A DNA stretch of 64,000 bases from Macrostomum lignano (lineage: Eukaryota). The translations under genes and the position numbers were made by a program. Shown piece by piece: positions 55,416-64,000 of this stretch; within the stretch, counting starts at the first letter, position 1; each line of letters opens with the position of its first letter. The stretch lies in assembly GCA_002269645.1 (NCBI GenBank), contig NIVC01002757.1, positions 62,001 through 126,000 on the forward strand, in the 5' to 3' direction. The notes under the pieces were generated by a model. The model saw only the letters and a program-made list of their open reading frames with translations, was not told the origin of the DNA and ran no database searches.

Positions 55416-57924
55416 TTATGAGCTGTTTGTACGCTTTTTGAGAAATCCGTGACATTCTATCAACACACCGAGTTCGTATAAAACTTGAACACCCATTGTA
55501 CACTTAGACACCTCTAATTTAAACAAACGAAGTGGACACTGGAAAATATCGAAATATCCAACCAAAAATGCAATAAGCCAAAATCGGAGGCAACATAGCT
55601 CGTAGAATTGAAGCGAACATTGTTAATTGATTGAGCATGTAATTTGACCCATAGTCCATGGTTGTCCATGTTTTATACAGACCCAATTCACATTCACGTC
55701 ATTGAATATGCTTATGCTTTCATAAGTTGGTTTATGCATCTGTTGCTGCTTTCATACGTTGGTTTAAACATTTGTTGCTGCTTTCATAAGTTGGTTTCTG
55801 CATTTTACTGCTGTTGCCTACCCAATAGTTGCCACAGTTTCTATACACTATACACTATACACAGTCTTATATTTGCAGCCTTACATACATATTTGCCTTA
55901 CTGTAGCTATCAATTGAGATTAAAGTACAATGAGCTGCTGTGCAACAAGCAACCAGTTCAGTTCAACATTTTTTGTTTCCAGTCCAACAACGATACATCG
56001 ATTGTTATCAGCACTGGCATTGTGCCAGTTTCTCTGCTTTTGCTCTTTGTTATTTTATTGTTGAAAAGATCAGGGATGGCTTTTGAAAAGTACAGACTGA
56101 CGGGCTTCGTTCTTTGTTAATCTCATCTCATTTTAATTGGATTACATTAGCTCAATTGTCGGAATTATCCTTTAAATATCCTAGCTTTATTGTTCTATAA
56201 TAAAGAAGGGGGTAACAGTACCTTGCTGTACATTTCTCGCGAATACATGTAGTTGCAGCCGAAACTGTTCACTCATCTAAAAGAGGAATAAATTCTGAGC
56301 AACCCCGTGAAAAAACTAGACCTCTACATGCAACCATTTAAAAATAACAGCATTTTGAAAAATGGCCTTCAAAAAAATCTACACCATTCGGGAGTGCAGC
56401 GTCCTTCTACTTAAGTAGTCCTTGGGTAGAAACTGCCTGCTTTAATTTTAATGCCCATTCCTTGATACAAATGCATGTTGAAATTTAGAGAAAACTAGGT
56501 ATAAGTTTAACCACCTCTAAAGGGCAAATATATCTGCCTTATTAAACATTCACATTTAAATACTATACAAAAGCATCTGCAAAGGCATGACATAACAAAT
56601 GAAAGCTTAGCTTCAAAGAATTGTGTTTAAACTATTCTGTACCCATGGCATGTATACAGATAAGCAAACTGGTATCATAGGCCAATAAGAATTGGCAAGA
56701 TAGCAATGCAGTTACTAGGCTAGGCCCATCTACTGTCTCTTAGGTGAGCACCCCTGTATCATAGGTGGAAGGCTGAGTCTAAGTCTCAAATAGACTATTA
56801 AAAAATTAAAAAAGACCAAAAGACATGCATAACATATATACTATCATCAGATAGCGACTAATAAGAACTTAGTTAAATTAGTATCTCTATTTTTTCTATG
56901 ACAATACAGTGGCTAAATTGTAGCAATGCAATAATTGCAAGGGAGCCAGCCATTATAGGCCATTTGTAGCTGGCACATTAGGACTATATTTAAATAATAC
57001 TTGTACTTTATATTTTTAGGTTCAAAATGAAACTATATTTAGTTTGACAAATGCAAAGCTGTCTCCATATGTTAGTTTTTATGTTCTATTTAGTATATAG
57101 CACTGGTTTTTCTTTGGAAACCTCAAAGGAGCAAAGATATATTTTAGAATCAAGCCTTATAGATAGCAATTATACAAATTGTTCTTTCTTTCTGCTACAA
57201 TTATTCAACAAGCATGATTGTTATTTTTTTGTTGTACAAGAAATTTGCTAATATAAGAATATGTTGTATAATATTGTAATTATGTTTATTTTAGAAGACT
57301 TTTTGATATTGCTAAAGGAGGTAGCAAGCAGCTTTTAATGGCTTTGTACCTTTATATCACTTGGGTATATTTTTACTGCTCCTTGATTTCAATCACCCAC
57401 ATTAATCTTTAGGCATGACCTTAATTAGACTCAATGATAAAGGATATTTCTAGCAATTAGACCTCTTTGTCCATTGGATGGAGTGCCAAAGGAATATAAA
57501 AGGTGAAATTTAATTATGGTATAGACTTTTATTATAAAGCTATATCCTTGCTATTTGTCAATTGCCATTGCCTGCTTCTTTTTATTTTCCTATTCCCCTT
57601 TTGTGCCCCATATTTATTCACATTTATTCATTTTGTTTATTGTCTTGCTTATCTTGCTCCCTTTTTTGTTTACTCTGCCTATCATTGTCTTTTTTCTTGC
57701 CCCCTTCAAGACTTCCTTGCAATGCCTAACAATTTGCAATGGGAGACATAACAACTCTCCAAGCTCCACCATGGCCCTAGAAAGCCCCAAGCCACACTGT
57801 GCAACATGAAACACCCTGGCTAATAGAGGCAAATGCAAAGTAGACCCAGTTACTTGTGGAGGCTATGTGCCAAATAACTATAGATATTATCAGTAAATAG
57901 CTAAAATGGCCTTATTCTGCATAT

Positions 57925-58710
57925 GGCTCATTCCATATAAGATAAACATATTTGGAAAATAGAAAAAAGTCAATATTTTTGCTTGCCATTGCCTAATTAG
58001 CCTATTTTTTTACCAAATGTTTATATTGTGCAATATATACAATCTAAGAATAAAGGAATGGTAAAATGTTGGATTAGTATATTATCAATTGGCAAAAAGT
58101 CATTTTTGTAAAAATTTGGACATTTTTCGAAGCAAAAGACATCATTAAGATTTTGTACCTTTTAAAAACAAATAGAAAGCTTTTGAAGGTTGAAACAAAC
58201 TATAGATAAAAGTATAGTACTTGCATCATCAGATAAAAGCATTGGTGACCAAATAATCTATTATATTTTTAATGTATTAGTACCTCAAAGTTACTGAATT
58301 GACAGAAAAAAATATGTTACGACCATAATGTTACGACCATAAGGCTGCCTTTTCTTTTGTATCTTTGTTGCCTTTTGAGTTTATATATTCTAATAAAAGA
58401 GTATGATTTCTAAAGATGTTCTTAGTCAAATTTTAAAAATGTATTGCAAAATATCAAAAATGAAAAATGTTATAAGACTTTTACCTTTTAGTTTCTATAT
58501 GTCAAAAATCCTGTCGTTACGACCATAAGTGTCATTTAAGGTTTAATAGCATCTATACTAATGATGATATCTATATGAAACTCTATAAATATATTCTAGA
58601 CAAAATAATCTTTTATTTAAAATATTGGTTTAGTATATTCTATTATTAGATTTCATTTTATAAGTAAAAATAGCCTGTCATGTTACGACCATGCTTATAT
58701 GGAATGAGCC
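57925..58710. mobile_element. Non-autonomous DNA transposon (MITE), 786 bp
   Basis: Perfect 17-bp TIRs GGCTCATTCCATATAAG (57925-57941) and CTTATATGGAATGAGCC (58694-58710), ATAT on both flanks, internal TGTTACGACCAT-type motif repeated near the right end. Confidence 0.8.
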
Positions 58711-61099
58711 ATATATGTATGGCACCTTGGCACTTTAGTATATGTAGGAATAAGACTATTACTCATTTATGTGAACTTTTGTATAATTAATTTGTGCCCC
58801 AGGATAGGACACTGCAGGCTATTAAAAAGTTCTATATGATATAATACTTGTTCTTTTATTGGCCTTACTTCTGGTCCTTTAGGTGGTCCTCTCTTTCTTT
58901 TTTGTGCCATGGATCCAATTGCCCTTTTTGTTTTTTTATATTTCTGCATTCATTTATTGAAATGCCATATATGGGATCAATATTGGATCTCCTATTTTTC
59001 TATGTTGCCTTAATGTTTTTGCTATATGCCATAGATATCCAATATACTAAAAATGAAAATCTTGCTTGTTTGTTTGTTTGTACGCAATCGATTAGAGAAA
59101 AAATGGCTGGACCGATTTTCATGAGACTTGCACTGTTCGATCAGAAATTTTCCCGTGACAGTACATGCATTGTGGCTAAGAAATTTAACTTGCTAATTTT
59201 ATTTTCTTTTTGCTTGCTCTCTTTTTCTTTTTCAAGTAATTACTTTTACTATTAGCTATATCTAAATATACTTATTATTGTAATTATGCTTATGATATCA
59301 TTATTATACATATTAGGCCTACTTATAAAAATATTGTTTTTGAATGAAGAAACTATTCATTTTTATTTTCTATATTGATTTCTAATATATCATTATATGT
59401 TCTAATAAAAATTTTTTCAATCTAATAGGTGGTCTTTTTGTTGTAGAAATTTTAGTTAATAATATAGATTATAACACTCCTATTTTAGCCATTTATGCCT
59501 GTTGCTATTAGGCCTAGACCATTTAAGTTTCATTGAAAAAAATGTTTTAAACTGCAATAGAAAACTAACTAAATATAAACTTAATTTAATAAACTTAAAT
59601 ATATTGTAAAATGTCATCTTTTTTGGTTTTATGCTTGGCTTAAACATAAAATAAATTAACAAGTAAGATGCCTATGTTCTGCTTGGTATTTTGGCAAATT
59701 GCCAACAATATCAAAATGAAAGCTAATAAATAACAAAATGTTTGATTCTTCTGATTCACAAAATTTGTAAAAGCAGGCAAGCCCAAACAAATAGATTATA
59801 AAAACAAAATCATCATTTATTGTATTTAGTCCTTTTTATCAAAAAGTAAATGCTCAAATATTCACTCCAGACCAAAGATTATTTAAGTTTCAGGCCTTTT
59901 TAAAACTTGAAAATTAAACAAACATCATACTAATATCCTCTCATATTTATTTATTTCATATCCAGCAGTAGTAACATTATATATATTTCCATAAGCCTAG
60001 CTACAATCTAGACCCATGTTATACTAGCTATTTTATTCATACTCTAGCTTTAGGCCTAGCTATATTTGATTTTATAAATATCTTAAACTAGCCTACAGCC
60101 ATACAAAAATAAATATAACTATAACTATTTGAGCTGTATATAGGCCTAGTTATATGTCTGTTATAGCTAGGCCTATTGATAGCCGAGTATAATAATTTTA
60201 TAATGAATATTTCTATCTATCTATTAATTCTATAATTTATCTAATTCCAACAAGCTAATCTGGTCCTAATACTCTACCTTGCTAGCCCTATTAACCACCC
60301 TTGCTAATCTAGTCTTGTTGTCTTATCCTTGCTAATCTAGCCTTAATGCCTCACCCTTTGCTAATCCAGTCCTGCTGCCTTACACCCTGCTTCCTATTCA
60401 CCCACCTTGCCTTATACCTGCTTTCCTATCCACCCACTTTCCCCTCTACCTATCTTCCTATCCACCTATTTTCCCATCCACCCACTTTCCCCTCCACCTG
60501 TTTTCCTATCTACCCGCTTTCTAATCTATTAGCCTCCCTCCTTTTCAACCTCCCCCTTCTACTTGTCATGCTACATTTGTTTAATTAAGTGTGATATTAC
60601 CATATCTGTATCTATCAACAAGTTAAAAAAATAATCATTGTCAAAATTGTAAAGAATGATATATATTGTCATATGAGCCCATTTTATGCATTAAGAAATT
60701 TATTTATAATTGGTTATAGCTTAATGAATATTTTTAGGGACATCAATTAATATTGAATATAGTTAACAAAATGAAAGGCATTTGCAGTCACCACAAAAGA
60801 AAAGTCAGTGGCTAGTCTATGTTTATCAAGGCCAAGGGAGCCAATAAGTGTCACTAGTAAGATCAGCTAGTAAGATTTGCTTTAGCATTGTGAATGCTTT
60901 TGGTATGCAATAGGCTTGTATATTTATCTTTCAAATAATTTTTCAAAGCAAAGAATAGCCTTCTTAAGTGAAGCGTTTAAGCATCTGAGTGCCAAGGAAA
61001 AACAAGCATATAAAAATGCCACTAAAGAAGCTTGTGTTCGAGGTCTGTCAGGTCTTGAATTGGAGCAAATGGTGATCTAGTAATTTTTTTAAATATTTG

Positions 61100-61190
61100 C
61101 AGGAGGATTATAGGCACCATGGCACAAGGCCTTTGAAAAGATCATTCCACAAACAGTGAAGAGGCAATTCTGTCTATTCCATTTACTCCT
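61100..61190 (+). pseudogene. Possible MULE transposase fragment
   Basis: APWHKAFEKIIPQTVKRQFCLFH resembles the A-x3-VFP-x6-C-x-FH motif that follows the second catalytic Asp of MULE transposases; preceded by a stop. Confidence 0.35.
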
Positions 61191-61302
61191 AAGCTTACTC
61201 TTCACAAACATACATGGATATGTGTGTAGGCATACACACAACTTGTCTATCTGCTTTAGATGACTCTATCATCCTCAGGCTATTATCAGCCTCAGAATAT
61301 TA

Positions 61303-61387
61303 AAGAGCCACCATGTCAAACATAGAAGAGCCACCATGTCAAACATAGAAGAGCCACCATGTCAAACATTAAAGAGCCACCATGTCA
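61303..61387. repeat. 23-bp tandem repeat, about 4 copies
   Basis: AAGAGCCACCATGTCAAACATAG at 61303, 61326, 61349, 61372. Confidence 0.9.
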
Positions 61388-62431
61388 GCAACCTTATTTA
61401 TACCCTATTTTACGCCATTCCAGCCAATAATATATTCCAGATTATTTAACTTATTTGTTACTTGACCAAGGAAGTCTTTGTACTTGATAAACATTTCTGA
61501 TGATCTAGAACATAGACTATTGATATAAGAAAATAAGCTGAAGTGCAAGTTCAAGTTTTTATTATAGAAATAAGAGAAGAATAGGAACAAAAATGGTGGT
61601 AAACTGGTATATTACAATACTTGTACTACCTATCTATGATTTGAGCTTCTTTTTAGAGAATTTGCAATGCTGTTTGATGTTTGTTAGCCTTAATAATATC
61701 TTTTCACATGCAGGCACATGCCCTATAGGAAAACATTGTAAAAAATGATTTCTAATAATCCTAAAATGTGGTAAAATAATTTGACTCCTTTTCTAAAGTG
61801 CGCATCTGCGAGTTTTCAATGTAATTGTAAAGAAGCATGATGGCACACATTTCTGGTCATGTGTTTCTCCAGAAGTTTCTAGACCTCTCAATTCTGCCAG
61901 TAGAGTTAGTTATATAGGTACGAGTAGGCTCATAAATCTGCAAGAGTTGAGGTTATAGGCATTATTATTTATAATTTCTATTGACTTCAAGTTCAATATG
62001 AGTGATGATGTACAAGTAGGCCTACTTCTATTTGAAAATCAAGAGTAGCATAAAATACTGTCATTTTACTATACTATCGTCATTTTTGCCAAAAATGTAT
62101 TTGCTTTATCTACTTGTTGGAGAAGCATAATTAAAAAATAGAATATACAATTAAAAGAGTAAACTAAAATCTGTCAAAAACATAACATTTTATAGAGCAT
62201 GGTTTGCCTTTCAACCAGCTATTTGAAACAGAAAAAAATATCTCACTAAAATGGGGGAAAAATATGTTTGACCTTTTCATCCAAAAAACTGTGTTTACAT
62301 AAAGCCTTCTAAACACCTGATGGCTAGCTCTGCAGCATGAATTAAGTAGTTTATTGAAACTACTATTAATTTATTGCACTAATACTTATACAAAAAGAAA
62401 AGTAGAGGAGTAAGCAGCTGTGAGTCTAGTT

Positions 62432-62970
62432 AGGAACAAGTCAACAAATTCAACCCAAATTTGCCAAGCCAGATCAGCAGATTAGAGGCTAAATTTCTAC
62501 AGGCTACTAGACCACACTGATACATGTATGATGCAGAAATAATTGTTTAGGTAAGTCAATTGGCTTCCAAGATAAGCAAAGGTGGAGAAATAGAGCCATC
62601 TTATAGTGTATTTAGATAGGAGAAAGTCAATGAATTCAACCCAAATTTGCCAAGCCAGATCAGCAGATTTGTGGCTAAATTTCTACAGGCTACTAGACCA
62701 CACTAGTACATGTATGATGTAGAAAGAATTGTTTAAGTAAGTCAATCGGCTTCCAAGATATGCAAATGCAGAGAAATAGCCATCTTGTAGTGTATTTAGA
62801 TAGGAGAAAGTCAACAAATCCAACCCAAATTTGCCAAGCTGGATCAGCAGATTAGCGGCTAAATTTCTACAGGCTACTAAACCACACTGATAAATGTATG
62901 ATGCAGAAAGAATTGTTTAAGTAAGTCAATCGGCTTTCAAGATATGCAAAGGCAGAGAAATAGCCATCTT
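62432..62970. repeat. About 185-bp tandem repeat, 3 diverged copies
   Basis: Units start at 62432, 62618 and 62802 (CAACCCAAATTTGCCAAGC..GCTAAATTTCTACAGGCTACT..). Confidence 0.9.
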
Positions 62971-63754
62971 AATAGCAGCTAGTGCATACAGCGACAGCAG
63001 TGGTTTTTTCACTGTATTTACACCGACGGACTGCCAATGAATAGAAACTCTTGCGGCGCATTCCTAGGATTCTTATTCGCTCTTTAACAATAGCGCCGGA
63101 AGTTTGTAGCGAGTATCTTTGGCTATATGTATCCAGCAATAAGATATACTTAGTTTTTTTCTTAAACCTTCTAAACATTAAATCAACAGCATTCGAACCA
63201 TTTTTGCAACTGCTAATCTGAAAGTTTTTGGAGGTCACTTCAAACATTGTTAAGTCAATTTTGCTGGCTTGTATACTTATACTCATATTTTACTTTTGCT
63301 ACATTGTCAACTTAGAGTACTTTGCCTACTTAACCTAAATAACCTACCTTTTCTCCCCAACCTACTTTGCCTACCTATGTAGACTGTCTTGCCTACTTAA
63401 CATACTGTACTATTTAAATAAACTATTTTGTCTATAATTAACCAACCTTATCTACAACCTACTTTGCTTACTTAACAACCTATTCTACTTTATCTACTTT
63501 GCTTACTTAACCAACCTTGTCTACTTAACCTACTCATACTTTGCCTATTTACAATAACTTACTGCATTATCTAAATAAACTGCTTTGACTATTTAACTAG
63601 CCTTGTCTACTAAATCTACTTTGCCTACCTAAACTGCCTATTCTACTTTATCTACTTTGCTTACTTCTTAGCATATTTTTTCCTGTATACTTTGTCTACC
63701 TGTTAGAATTTTGTTTAAGACTAGGCTAATGGCTAAAATCAGGTAAGATCTTGA

Positions 63755-64000
63755 GTGAAGGACCTTGATGAAGCTGTGCAGGTTGTTATTACATTCCTTG
63801 AAGCAGGTGAAAAGTTAAGTTATAGGAGCATTGTGCAGCGATTTGGTGTTTTTCATCAAATTTTGCTTTATCACATAAGGAAGGTTTCATCTAACAAACC
63901 CCAAAAGCCTTTTAATTCACAGAAACAGGTTTTCACAGTCAAAGAGGAAGCTGTCTTTGTTGAGACATTAGCAATGCAAAGGCAGCATATCCCAATGACT
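63755..64000 (+). pseudogene. N-terminal HTH region of a pogo/CENP-B-like transposase, running off the window
   Basis: KDLDEAVQVV..KLSYRSIVQRFGVFHQILLYHI..QVFTVKEEAVFV..IPMT fits a psq-type HTH followed by the start of a CENP-B HTH; upstream ATG 63729 is out of frame and followed by a stop. Confidence 0.55.

Noticed and set aside
58767-58949. KRKRGPPKG..KEQVLYHIELFN as a Sola-like transposase remnant
   Set aside because: Short, needs a frameshift to extend the motif, no catalytic region seen.
62969-63286. 105-aa minus-strand ORF as the 3' end of a CR1/L2 LINE
   Set aside because: Only a vague YSL..R..RKSFY resemblance; no reverse transcriptase motifs nearby.

Overview
Eukaryotic (animal) genomic DNA with GT-AG introns and many satellites; short AT-rich introns, GC-rich exons and satellite load suggest an invertebrate such as a free-living flatworm (inference only). 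Contents in order: (1) 1-10629, the 3' part of a giant multi-exon gene, about 2800 aa inside the window, built of Arg/Lys/Cys-rich repeats interrupted by a vWA domain, three ShKT domains and a PAN/apple domain, with five apparent single-base deletions; (2) a small single-pass membrane-protein ORF between two satellites; (3) a 5-exon TRAF gene (minus strand); (4) a 9.7-kb Polinton/Maverick-like element (28321-38018) with terminal inverted repeats and a 6-bp target-site duplication, whose only recognisable gene is a protein-primed family B DNA polymerase split by spliceosomal introns, three of which fall in the polymerase catalytic motifs; no integrase, capsid, ATPase or maturation protease gene is visible; (5) three single-exon genes (orphan coiled-coil protein, secreted PAN-like/LamG-like protein, TRIM-like protein); (6) a 3-exon OTUD7/Cezanne-type deubiquitinase gene (minus strand); (7) an AT-rich tail of transposon remnants. 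The best candidates for undescribed biology are the intron-containing, polymerase-only Polinton-like element and the giant cationic Cys-rich protein. All domain calls are by motif recognition; no database search was run.
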